Below, one piece after another: positions 17,884 to 26,793 of a stretch of 64,000 nt of DNA. The translations under genes and the position numbers were made by a program. Under the pieces are notes generated by a model. It saw only the letters and a list, made by a program, of their open reading frames with translations. It did no database searches and was not told where the DNA came from. Each line of letters begins with the position of its first letter. Position 1 is the stretch's first letter. Source of the stretch: an uncultured Clostridia bacterium (GTDB lineage Bacteria; Bacillota; Clostridia; Oscillospirales; CAG-272); the NCBI GenBank assembly GCA_947631765.1, contig CANRMP010000012.1, forward strand, positions 248 to 64,247, read 5' to 3'.

Positions 17884-18468
17884 GTGAGCTTAGAACAACC
17901 TGTTTACAGCGTTCTTGCGGTATCAGCTTCAGACAGCTTCAATAAATCCCTTATAAGCCTGCTCCCCGATTCAAGGTTCAGTCCCTTGCGGTTTGAAGAG
18001 AGCGTAAGCGCGGCAAAAAGGGCATTTCTTGAGCGGCGCTACGATTTTGTTATTATTAACTCTCCCCTGCCCGACGACGTGGGCACAAGACTTGCTATTG
18101 ACATTTGCAGTGAAAAGAACGGCATTTGTCTGCTTTTGGTAAAAGCCGAGCTTTACGAGGCGGTTTACAACAGAGTGTACGAACATGGAGTCTACGTAAT
18201 GCCGAAGCCCATGTCAAAGCAGATGTTTTCAGAGGCTATGGACTTTATGATTTCCACAGAATGTCGCCTCAGAAAGCTTGAAAAGAAAACCGTGTCGATT
18301 GAAGAAAAGATGCAGGAAATACGCACGGTGAACCGAGCAAAATGGATACTTATCGAGCGCCTCAAAATGACCGAGAGCGACGCCCACCGATATATCGAAA
18401 AACAGGCTATGGACCGTTGCGTCTCGCGCAGCGATATCGCCGAGAGCATTATAAAAACGTATTCTTAA
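17884..18468 (+). CDS. ANTAR-domain RNA-binding antiterminator with a pseudo-receiver N-domain (AmiR/NasR-like architecture)
   Basis: 194 aa. GTG start with AAGGAGGG 7 nt upstream. C-terminal VNRAKWILIERLKMTESDAHRYIEKQAMDRCVSRSDIAESII is an ANTAR domain. The receiver-like N-domain has Asn59 (FVIINSPLP) where the phospho-Asp normally sits. Confidence 0.85.
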   Translation: MSLEQPVYSVLAVSASDSFNKSLISLLPDSRFSPLRFEESVSAAKRAFLERRYDFVIINSPLPDDVGTRLAIDICSEKNGICLLLVKAELYEAVYNRVYEHGVYVMPKPMSKQMFSEAMDFMISTECRLRKLEKKTVSIEEKMQEIRTVNRAKWILIERLKMTESDAHRYIEKQAMDRCVSRSDIAESIIKTYS

Positions 18469-18490
18469 TAAAACGGATAAACCGACAACT

Positions 18491-18540
18491 GCCCTTTTTT
18501 TGCGCGAGGCGCAAAAAAGGGCGGAAATTTTTATTTTTTA
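18491..18540 (+). terminator. strong intrinsic terminator closing the glt / GS-like / ANTAR operon
   Basis: GCCCTTTTTTTGCGC-GAG-GCGCAAAAAAGGGC (14 bp, one bulged T) followed by GGAAATTTTTATTTTTT. Confidence 0.85.
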
Positions 18541-18616
18541 TAAAAAACGTAAAGCGGCAAAATTTTAATGAAATTTTAATAAATAAGGTATATACTAAAG
18601 TCGAGGTGATATAAAG

Positions 18617-19297
18617 ATGAGAATACTTATAGCAGAGGATGAAAAGGACCTTAACATGATAATCGGAAAGAAGCTGCAAAGCGAGGGATACGTTACCGAC
18701 AGCTGCTACGACGGGCAGGAGGCTATTGACATACTCTCCTACACCGATTATGACGCTGTGATACTCGACATAATGATGCCTCGGGCGGACGGATTCAAGG
18801 TTCTCTCGGCTCTGAGAAGCGCCGGAAAGACCACGCCGGTACTTTTTCTTACCGCGCGGGACGCGGTTGAGGACCGTGTAAAGGGGCTTGACTGCGGCGC
18901 AAACGACTATCTTGTCAAACCCTTTTCCTTTGAAGAGCTTATGGCGCGCCTGCGCGCTATGACAAGAATATCATTCGGAAGTACCGGCAATATTCTCACT
19001 GTCGGCGACCTTACGCTTGATCTTGCGGCAAGAAAAGCGACAAGGGGCGGCAAGGACATAAAGCTCTCCGCTAAGGAGTTTGCCCTTCTTGAATACCTAA
19101 TGCACAACAAGGGAATTGTGCTTCCCCGCAAAAAGATCGAAGATCACATATGGAATTTCGACTATGAGGGCGGCACCAACGCGGTTGACGTATACATCAG
19201 CTATTTAAGAAAGAAAATAGACGGCGACAATCCGATAAAGCTGATACACACCATTCGCGGAAGCGGCTATGTGATACGGGAGGAAAATGTCGAATGA
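18617..19297 (+). CDS. OmpR-family response regulator
   Basis: 226 aa. MRILIAEDE, AVILDIMMP (phospho-Asp), LTARD, VKPF, and a winged-helix C-terminus ending IRGSGYVIR. Confidence 0.92.
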   Translation: MRILIAEDEKDLNMIIGKKLQSEGYVTDSCYDGQEAIDILSYTDYDAVILDIMMPRADGFKVLSALRSAGKTTPVLFLTARDAVEDRVKGLDCGANDYLVKPFSFEELMARLRAMTRISFGSTGNILTVGDLTLDLAARKATRGGKDIKLSAKEFALLEYLMHNKGIVLPRKKIEDHIWNFDYEGGTNAVDVYISYLRKKIDGDNPIKLIHTIRGSGYVIREENVE

Positions 19298-20706
19298 AGC
19301 ACCTTTCCATAAGGCTTAAAATCACCCTTTGGTTCACGACGGCGCTTATATTTGTAGTGCTTTTCACATCCTTTATGCTGCTTTACATAACGCACGCAAT
19401 AGGTCAGAAGGAAATACGGGACACTCTGATAAGCGCGGTCGACGAAAACACGGTTGAAATTGAGTTTTACCGAAACATAGACGGCATTGACATAAAAAGC
19501 TCTCCCGACCGCTTTGTGGAATATAACGGCGGCTATCTCAGAATAGACAACGACTTTCTTGACGAGGTCAACGAGGTCTTTACCGCGCTTTACACCTCCT
19601 CGGGAATGTTCATGTATGGTGAAAACCCCATTTACCGCGAGTCCTCAGAGCTTTCCTTTGTAGATTTTCAGATACAGCAAAAAAAGGCTGACGGCGTGAC
19701 TTATTATATTTTCGACCGAAAGCTCACAGACCGAGGACTTGAGGATTTGTGGCTTCGCGGAGTGGTTTCAAGCGAGCGCGGCATGGCGCAGACCAATCTG
19801 ATAACAAGACTTTCGCTCATAGTTATGCCGCTTCTTGTGCTTTGCGCCTCGGTGGGAGGATACTTAATAGCGCGCAACGCGCTTCGCCCAATTAAGCAGA
19901 TTTCAGAGACCGCCGACCGCATCGGGCGGGAGGGCAACCTCAAAGAACGTATAGACCTCGGACCGGGAAACGACGAGCTTCACAAGCTTGCCGCCACCTT
20001 CAACGAAATGTTCGACAAGATAGAAAAGTCTTTTGAGACAGAGCGACAGTTCACCTCGGACGCCTCTCACGAGCTTCGCACCCCCATGTCGGTGATATCG
20101 GCGCAGTGCGAATACATACTTGAAAAGCCGCGTGAAAAAGAGGAATACCTTGAAGCGCTCACCGTTATCGACCGTCAGAGCCGCAAAATGTCAAAGCTTA
20201 TAAACAGTATGCTGAGCTTTACAAGACTTGAGGTCAGTCCCGACAGGTACAAAATCGAAGCCATTGACCTTAGCGCTCTTCTTTCCTCCCTTTGCGACGA
20301 TATGGCATTAATAAAGGAAAAGAACATCACGCTCGAGCGCGAGATTGAAGAGGGCGCCGCGCTCCAAGGCAACTCCGAGCTTTTGACAAGGCTTTTTACA
20401 AATATAATAAGCAACGCATACCGCTACGGAAAAAAGGACGGATATATAAAGGTAAAACTCAAAAAGCTTGAAGGGCAAATTGAGGTTACTGTTCAGGACA
20501 ACGGCATCGGTATTGCAAAGGAGGAACAGGAAAAGATATTCAGACGCTTTTATCAGTCCGACCGCTCAAGAAGCGGCGAGGGCATGGGACTGGGGCTTGC
20601 AATGGCAAGCAGGATAGCGGTGTTTCACGGCGGAAAAATAAGCGTACAAAGCGAGCTTGGCAAAGGAAGCGCGTTTAAGATTACTCTTCCCGTCAGAAAA
20701 ATATAA
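19294..20706 (+). CDS. sensor histidine kinase (two TM segments, HAMP, HisKA, HATPase_c)
   Basis: 470 aa. H-box FTSDASHELRTPMS, N-box NIISNAYRYG, G-boxes DNGIGI and GMGLGLA. Overlaps the response regulator stop by 4 nt. Confidence 0.92.
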   Translation: MKHLSIRLKITLWFTTALIFVVLFTSFMLLYITHAIGQKEIRDTLISAVDENTVEIEFYRNIDGIDIKSSPDRFVEYNGGYLRIDNDFLDEVNEVFTALYTSSGMFMYGENPIYRESSELSFVDFQIQQKKADGVTYYIFDRKLTDRGLEDLWLRGVVSSERGMAQTNLITRLSLIVMPLLVLCASVGGYLIARNALRPIKQISETADRIGREGNLKERIDLGPGNDELHKLAATFNEMFDKIEKSFETERQFTSDASHELRTPMSVISAQCEYILEKPREKEEYLEALTVIDRQSRKMSKLINSMLSFTRLEVSPDRYKIEAIDLSALLSSLCDDMALIKEKNITLEREIEEGAALQGNSELLTRLFTNIISNAYRYGKKDGYIKVKLKKLEGQIEVTVQDNGIGIAKEEQEKIFRRFYQSDRSRSGEGMGLGLAMASRIAVFHGGKISVQSELGKGSAFKITLPVRKI

Positions 20707-20726
20707 AATTGATTTTTAAACCCCCG

Positions 20727-20766
20727 AGCGGTGCAAATTTTTAATTTGCACTGCTTGATTTTTTTG
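20727..20766 (+). terminator. intrinsic terminator after the kinase gene
   Basis: AGCGGTGCAAAT-TTTTA-ATTTGCACTGCT followed by TGATTTTTTT. Confidence 0.8.
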
Positions 20767-21107
20767 CGGCAAATACCCGATATTTTAATTATCGCCCTTT
20801 TCATCCCGTTCGGGCTTATTATTAAAAATCTTTAAAAACCGCCGAAAAACCATAAAAAAGCGGAATTACACCTTTTAATATTCAAAATGCCCGGGGCAGA
20901 TTTTCGCCCCGAAAATTTTTTTAAAAAAATTTTTGATTTTTTGTTTTTTTAATGTTATTTTAATTTTTGACCGCTATAATTAAGACACAAAGAGAAAGAC
21001 AAACAAAATCTCTCCAAGCTCCCGAAAGGAAAAAAACAAAAACAAAAAACAAAAAAATATTTAAGAAAGGAAAAGCCTTTGCAAAGCAAAGGCACGGTAA
21101 AATTATT

Positions 21108-23210
21108 ATGACCGGTATTAAGAAATTATTTCAAACACCGAAAAAGGCTGCCATAACAATTATCTGCATTATCGCAATTGTTGCGGCAGTGGGGATCGGC
21201 GGCGCGTTTGCAGCCGGTGCCATTGCGCAAAGCTCCTCTATAGGCGAGGACCACGCAAAGAACTTTGCATTCGCAGACGCGGGCGTTGACCCCGCCTCGG
21301 CGCAAAACGTTCGTGTTGAATTTGATTATGAGCGCGGACAGTTCGTCTATGAAGTTGAATTTGTTGCGGACGGCGTTGAATACGAATACCGCATCAAAGC
21401 TTCCGACGGCTCGGTTGTCAAAAAAGAAGTTGACCTTGCGGACGAAAACGGTATTCCGAGCGGCTCAAAGGTAGGCGCCACAATTTCAATCGACGAGGCA
21501 AAGAACATCGCCATTACCGATGCGGGACTTACTGCGTCGGAGGTGACAATCACAAAAGCAAAGCTTGACAAGGACGACGGCGTTGCGGTCTATGAGATCG
21601 AGTTTTACACCGATACCAATGAGTACGAATACGAAATAAACGCCTCCACGGGCAAGGTACACAGCAAGGACGTCGAGCTTCGTAAGAGCGGTTCGACACC
21701 CGACACAAATTCGGAGAAAGACTATATAGGTATCGAAAACGCCAAGCAAAAAGCACTTGCGGACGCGGGACTTACCGCATCGCAGGTTACATTCACCAAA
21801 CAAAAGCTTGACAAAGATAACGGCAGAGCGATTTACGAGATTGAGTTCTACACCGCCGACAACGAATACGACTACGATATTGACGCACTCACCGGCAATG
21901 TTGTCGAAAAAAGCATTGAAAAGCGAAATAACAGCGGAACAGACAATCCCGGCACAACCCAGCCCGAGAACTTTATAGGGCTGGAGAGCGCAAAGGGCAT
22001 AGCTCTTTCCGATGCGAAGCTTACCGACAAAGACGTCACCTTTACCAAAACAAAGCTTGACAAGGACGACGGCAGATACGTCTATGAAATCGAATTTTAC
22101 TCGACCTCAAATGAATACGACTATGAAATAGACGCCCTCACCGGCGAGGTTCTCAGCTGCGATGTCGAATACCGCGGCAACACGGAAACAGGCAACGAAG
22201 GCAGCGGAAATCAGGGCGGCACACAGTCATACATCGGTATTGACGCCGCAAAGGAAGTAGCTCTCAAGGACGCGGGACTTACCGCAGCGCAGGTCACATT
22301 CACCAAACAAAAGCTTGACAAAGATGACGGTATTGACGTATATGAGATAGAGTTCTTCACCGAGACTGCCGAGTACGATTACGAAATAAACGCTGCAACC
22401 GGCGCGGTGCACAGCAAGGATGTTGACCTTCGCCCGAACGGAACGACCGATCCCGCAACACCCGAGCAGGGCGGCTCGCAGTCCTACATCGGACTTGAAA
22501 GCGCAAAAGCCAAGGCACTTGCCGACGCGAAACTTACGGCGACGGATGTGACCTTTACAAAAGCAAGACTTGACAAAGACGACGGCAGAGACGTCTATGA
22601 GATTGAATTTTACACTACCTCGAACGAATACGACTATGATATTGACGCACTCACCGGCGAAATTCTCAGCCGCGATATCGAAGCACGCCCCAATTCCGGG
22701 ACAGGCAGCGGGGGCAGCGGCAACCAGGGCGGCGCCCAGTCCTACATCGGCATTGAAGCCGCAAAAGCGGCAGCGCTCAAAGACGCAGGTCTTACCGCAG
22801 CCGAGGTAACCTTCACTCAAAGCGTACTTGACATCGACGACGGAATCGCAGTTTACGAGATAGATTTTTACACCTCAAAATATGAGTATGAGTACGAAAT
22901 CAACGCGATAAACGGCGCGGTGCACAGCAAAGACGCCGAGCAGATAAAGAGCACCGTTCCCCCCTCAGATGTCAAGCCCGAAGGCGGCGATACTTACATC
23001 GGAATGGACAGAGCGAAGGAAATAGCTCTCAACCACGCGGGCTTTTCCTCCTCAACCTCCGGCATAAGCTTCAAAAAAGTAAAGCTTGAGCGCGACGACG
23101 GAGTCATGGTATACGAGGTTGAGTTCTACAAGGGCGGAGTTGAATACGAGTACACCATAAACGCCCTTAACGGCAACATCATCGACCACGAGATCGACTA
23201 CGACGACTGA
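21108..23210 (+). CDS. membrane-anchored protein with eight tandem PepSY domains
   Basis: ORF track starts at TTG 20967, which overlaps a TATAAT box. ATG 21108 precedes the TM segment AAITIICIIAIVAAVGIGGAFAAGA. It is followed by 8 repeats of ~70-75 aa of the form YIG.e.AK..AL.DAGLTa..VTFTK.KLDKDDG..VYEIEF.....EY.YEI.A.TG.V. The start is uncertain because the SD is weak. Confidence 0.85.
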   Translation: MTGIKKLFQTPKKAAITIICIIAIVAAVGIGGAFAAGAIAQSSSIGEDHAKNFAFADAGVDPASAQNVRVEFDYERGQFVYEVEFVADGVEYEYRIKASDGSVVKKEVDLADENGIPSGSKVGATISIDEAKNIAITDAGLTASEVTITKAKLDKDDGVAVYEIEFYTDTNEYEYEINASTGKVHSKDVELRKSGSTPDTNSEKDYIGIENAKQKALADAGLTASQVTFTKQKLDKDNGRAIYEIEFYTADNEYDYDIDALTGNVVEKSIEKRNNSGTDNPGTTQPENFIGLESAKGIALSDAKLTDKDVTFTKTKLDKDDGRYVYEIEFYSTSNEYDYEIDALTGEVLSCDVEYRGNTETGNEGSGNQGGTQSYIGIDAAKEVALKDAGLTAAQVTFTKQKLDKDDGIDVYEIEFFTETAEYDYEINAATGAVHSKDVDLRPNGTTDPATPEQGGSQSYIGLESAKAKALADAKLTATDVTFTKARLDKDDGRDVYEIEFYTTSNEYDYDIDALTGEILSRDIEARPNSGTGSGGSGNQGGAQSYIGIEAAKAAALKDAGLTAAEVTFTQSVLDIDDGIAVYEIDFYTSKYEYEYEINAINGAVHSKDAEQIKSTVPPSDVKPEGGDTYIGMDRAKEIALNHAGFSSSTSGISFKKVKLERDDGVMVYEVEFYKGGVEYEYTINALNGNIIDHEIDYDD

Positions 23211-23253
23211 GAGTCGGGAAAAGATATATCATAATAACTATATAATGCACCAT

Positions 23254-23287
23254 AATCCGCCCGCACTTGCGGGCGGATTATTATTGT
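23254..23287 (+). terminator. intrinsic terminator after the PepSY gene
   Basis: AATCCGCCCGC-ACTT-GCGGGCGGATT followed by ATTATTG. Confidence 0.75.
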
Positions 23288-23481
23288 GCGGGACAAAAAA
23301 GTTTACAACTATTTTGAAAAACGGTATTGCTATTATTCGAGATATAGAATATAATATTACTATAAAGCTTCAGGTTAACGGAAATGAAAATATAAGTATT
23401 GAAAAAGCGACTTTACAGATGATATGCATCGAAAGGGCGCGCATATTTTGGTTTACTCCGGAGAGGACGAAATAAAAACGT

Positions 23482-24252
23482 ATGGATTTGAGTCTTGACA
23501 TCAGAGTTGCGAACGGCTACCATTCCGGTTCCCAATCAGCAAGAGTTTTGACCGAAAGCTGGGTTTATAACAATATGTTCTGCCCGAGATGCGGATATGT
23601 AAGGCTTGAACATTTTGAAAATAACAAGCCCGTTGCGGATTTCTATTACCCTATGTGCAAAAATCAGTATGAATTGAAAAGCAAGAACGGAGTAATCGGC
23701 AAAAAGGTGCCCGACGGAGCTTATGCCACCATGATTTCGAGAATAAGCTCGGACAGCAATCCCGATTTTTTGTTTATGGGATATTCGCTGGATCGGATGA
23801 TTGTTGATAATTTGATAGTAGTTCCGAAATATTTCTTTCATCCGGATATAATAGAAAAGAGAGCACCGCTTTCCGATTCGGCTCGCCGCGCAGGTTGGGT
23901 AGGCTGCAACATCCTGCTTGATAAAATACCGATTCAAGGCAGGATCGGCATTATCTCGGACGGAGTTATTTCCGATAAAGAACAGGTAGTAAACAAGACT
24001 GCTTTAAGCGGGAAGCTTGAAATGAAGAATATATCGTCAAGAGGCTGGATTTTTGATATCCTCAGATGTGTAAATGCTATTCCCGACGATGTTTTTTCTC
24101 TTGAACAGGTTTATGCTTTTGAAAAAGCGCTCTCGCAGAAATATCCCGATAATAACAATATCAAAGCGAAAATCAGACAACAACTGCAATTGCTGCGAGA
24201 CAGAGGCTTTATAGAGTTTGTGGGAAGCGGTACATACAGAAGGATTGTATGA
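23482..24252 (+). CDS. DpnI-like methyl-directed (type IIM) restriction endonuclease
   Basis: 256 aa, collinear with S. pneumoniae DpnI as I recall it. Shared segments: SQ.ARVLTE.WV, CP.CG, HFENNKPVADFY...YELKSK (PD-(D/E)XK core), DGAYATM, ARRAGWVGCNI, SSRGW, and a C-terminal winged helix IKAKIRQQLQLLRDRGFIEF.G.G.YR. Confidence 0.88.
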   Translation: MDLSLDIRVANGYHSGSQSARVLTESWVYNNMFCPRCGYVRLEHFENNKPVADFYYPMCKNQYELKSKNGVIGKKVPDGAYATMISRISSDSNPDFLFMGYSLDRMIVDNLIVVPKYFFHPDIIEKRAPLSDSARRAGWVGCNILLDKIPIQGRIGIISDGVISDKEQVVNKTALSGKLEMKNISSRGWIFDILRCVNAIPDDVFSLEQVYAFEKALSQKYPDNNNIKAKIRQQLQLLRDRGFIEFVGSGTYRRIV

Positions 24253-24292
24253 ATACGGAGCTTTAAAAAAGCAAAACAGAATAAGCCGCCGC

Positions 24293-24338
24293 AAAGGACG
24301 GCATAAAGGCTTTTCGCCTTTGTGCCGTCCTTTTTATG
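24293..24338. terminator. 18-bp hairpin terminator between the convergent DpnI-like and mltG genes
   Basis: AAAGGACGGCATAAAGGC-TTTTC-GCCTTTGTGCCGTCCTTT followed by TTTAT. Confidence 0.8.
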
Positions 24339-24384
24339 ATAAGATTTATAAGCTTTTTATTATATTCCGACAAGGAAAGCTCAC

Positions 24385-25830
24385 TCAGTTTTCTTCTTTT
24401 TCCCTGAGTACGTCCGCGACGTTTGCTTCGTGTTCGCGCTGAGTTTTTGCAAAGCGGCAATAAAACTCGTTGTCGGTCACAAAATAATAGTATCCGCACT
24501 CTTCGTCGGGATATATAGCCGCTTTCAGGGCGTTAAGCGACGGATTGCAGATAGGTCCCGGCGGGAAGCCTTCATATAGTCTTGTATTATAAGGGCTTTC
24601 TATTGCAAGATCCTCTGCGGTAAGCTCCTCATGCCGTCCTCCGTATTCATGGGCAAGCACATACTGAACCGTCGCGTCGCTGTCGAATTTGCCGTTAAAC
24701 GTCGAGCTGTTCAGGCGGTTGTGAAACACTGCGCTGACGAACGGAAAATCGTTGACCCAATAAGCCTCAGCCTCTATCATCGACGCCAATATGACCGCCT
24801 GGTCTACCGTAAGTCCGAGCTCCTCTATTCTGGCGCTGTACTCCTCTCCGAATTTTTTATTGAAGTTTGTAAGGAGCCTTACTATTGCTTCCTCTTCGGT
24901 CGAATCGGAATAAAATCTGTATGTGTCGGGATAGAGATACCCGTCAAGGCGATAATATCTGTCCTCACCGGTTTTTAGATCGTCCAAAAACCAATAGTCA
25001 AAATTTCCTTCTTCAATAACCTTTTCAAAGCCCTCCCGCGTGCCTATTCCGTTTGAGACAAAAATATCTATTAGCTCATCGGTGGTAATGCCCTCTTTAA
25101 AGGTGAGGGTCACTTCTGTGCGTTTGGGCGTGGGATTCAGGGCATATATTATTTTATCGTAGTTGAAGGAGGGGCTGAGCGTAAAGGTGCCTTCCTTCAC
25201 AGATATTTGATTGTCATATTTCATTTTGACGTAAAGCTTGAATAAAAACGGATATTCGATTATACCCTCGTCATGGAGCATCGAGGTCAGCTGATCAAGC
25301 GTCATATTTGTACTTGTGATTGTTATCTGAACCTCTGTATTATCCTTTGAAAAAGCGAATACGTCGTTCATAAAAACAATTATGAAGTAGCCGAAAACGA
25401 CGGCGCATACGAGAACCGCGGCAATATACGAGACGGTAAAGGCAATACTGCGAACAGAGCCTCCCCTTTCTCTTATAACCTTGTATTTTATTTTCTTTTT
25501 GACTTTTTTCTTATTTTCTTCCTCTTTTTTTTCGGAAAGGTCATAAAAAGCGAGCGAAGTATCGGCAACGTCCGAAATATCGGCAAGAGACTCGCCTTCG
25601 TTTGGCGCAAAGGAAATTCCCTCGGTAATATCGGATGAGCTTTCAAAAATCGTCGGATCATAACCTATCCCGTTTTGCAGAGAAATATCCTCTTTTTTAC
25701 CGCTCATATTGCTTTTATCAGAATTTGCGGCGTTATTTTCGCCTTCTTTATTATCATTTTCCTCGCCTTTATCATTTTCCTTGGCGGAGTTTTCCGACAC
25801 ATCCTCATGCGGCAATTCTTTTTCATTCAT
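24385..25830 (-). CDS. mltG: endolytic murein transglycosylase MltG (YceG family) with an acidic N-terminal extension
   Basis: 481 aa. One TM segment, then YceG motifs ILASMIEAEA, FHNRL, PYNTRLYEGFPPGPICNPS. Confidence 0.9.
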   Translation of the reverse strand: MNEKELPHEDVSENSAKENDKGEENDNKEGENNAANSDKSNMSGKKEDISLQNGIGYDPTIFESSSDITEGISFAPNEGESLADISDVADTSLAFYDLSEKKEEENKKKVKKKIKYKVIRERGGSVRSIAFTVSYIAAVLVCAVVFGYFIIVFMNDVFAFSKDNTEVQITITSTNMTLDQLTSMLHDEGIIEYPFLFKLYVKMKYDNQISVKEGTFTLSPSFNYDKIIYALNPTPKRTEVTLTFKEGITTDELIDIFVSNGIGTREGFEKVIEEGNFDYWFLDDLKTGEDRYYRLDGYLYPDTYRFYSDSTEEEAIVRLLTNFNKKFGEEYSARIEELGLTVDQAVILASMIEAEAYWVNDFPFVSAVFHNRLNSSTFNGKFDSDATVQYVLAHEYGGRHEELTAEDLAIESPYNTRLYEGFPPGPICNPSLNALKAAIYPDEECGYYYFVTDNEFYCRFAKTQREHEANVADVLREKEEN

Positions 25831-25884
25831 ATATATTTGGCGCTCCTTTCTTAATTTTTTAACCGACGGTAACTTATTTTCGTG

Positions 25885-26793
25885 TCATCTGACAAGCGAC
25901 ACAATGACAAAAGCTATTATGCACAAAAGAAATGAGGGTGAAAGCAGCACGCGGCAAAGCCCCTGCGTGATTCCCATTTTATTGTCGGGTGCTTCATTTT
26001 CCATAAAAGGGCTTCGGGCGTACTCTGCGTATATCGCCTGCGCTTCTCCGAGAGCGATGGCAAGGCAAATAAGGAATATTGCGACAAACGCAAATATTAT
26101 AAACAGCGTTCCGAGCGGCTGCAGGGTGACTCGCCACAAATATGGGATAAAAAACACGACGCAGATATTGTACAGCACGTGAAGCAGCATTGAGGTCAGC
26201 AGTGACCTTGTAACAATAACGAGCCAAGCGAGAATCAACCCGCAAAAAACGTTTGCCACAAAGGAATCAAGATCCAAATGCACCGCCGCAAACAAAATAG
26301 CCGTGGCAAGGCAGGCGGGAAAAGCGCGGTATTTTCTGTATTCCGCCAAAAGCACCCCTCGAAAAGCAAATTCCTCGCAAACCGCCGGAGCAACGCAGAC
26401 CGCCATGACGGTAAGAAATATACCGCCGTTTGCGCTGATTGCAAGATACTGTTCGGACGCCGCCGCGCCCTCCCCGTTTGAATTTGCAGACAGCAGGACA
26501 TTTATTAGGAAAGTGCCGGTTATCATCACTCCGAGCAGGGCGGCAACAAGTCCCAAACGCGAAAACGCAAAGGGACGAAGCATTACGTCCTTTGTATATT
26601 TTATCTCTTTTAAGCGCGCGTAAAACACCATCGGAAGCACAAATACAACTATTTGAAGAACAATAACCGATATAAGGATAGCCGAAGCGCTGTTTTCGTC
26701 GGTTATACCCAAAAGATCAAAAATCAGAAGCATAAGCAGCATCGCCATCACCGACAGCGGCGCCAAAAAAGAGGATTTACTTATGAACTTCAA
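25885..26793 (-). CDS. CPBP-family intramembrane glutamic endopeptidase (CAAX protease-like)
   Basis: 302 aa, polytopic. Motifs EEFAFRG, FAAVHL, HVLYN. Confidence 0.85.
   Translation of the reverse strand: MKFISKSSFLAPLSVMAMLLMLLIFDLLGITDENSASAILISVIVLQIVVFVLPMVFYARLKEIKYTKDVMLRPFAFSRLGLVAALLGVMITGTFLINVLLSANSNGEGAAASEQYLAISANGGIFLTVMAVCVAPAVCEEFAFRGVLLAEYRKYRAFPACLATAILFAAVHLDLDSFVANVFCGLILAWLVIVTRSLLTSMLLHVLYNICVVFFIPYLWRVTLQPLGTLFIIFAFVAIFLICLAIALGEAQAIYAEYARSPFMENEAPDNKMGITQGLCRVLLSPSFLLCIIAFVIVSLVR

Noticed and set aside
21075-21093. GCAAAGGC also occurs in the PepSY leader hairpin (21086..21093) and as GGGCAAAGGCG inside spoIIE (41554..41564), raising the possibility of additional ANTAR sites.
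   Set aside because: In the PepSY leader the hexamer is base-paired in the stem rather than displayed in a hexaloop, and no terminator follows. The spoIIE copy is inside a coding region. Both are most likely chance occurrences of an 8-11-mer.
21400-23100. Periodic ~220-240-bp DNA repetition that could be mistaken for a tandem-repeat array or CRISPR-like structure.
   Set aside because: The periodicity is the coding repeat of eight diverged PepSY domains in one continuous ORF. There are no short identical direct repeats with unique spacers.
23245-24384. Whether the DpnI-like gene sits on a mobile element or genomic island.
   Set aside because: No integrase, transposase, tRNA attachment site or flanking direct or inverted repeats could be found by eye. 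Only the compositional dip and the flanking terminators are present, so it is reported as a solitary gene rather than a mobile element.
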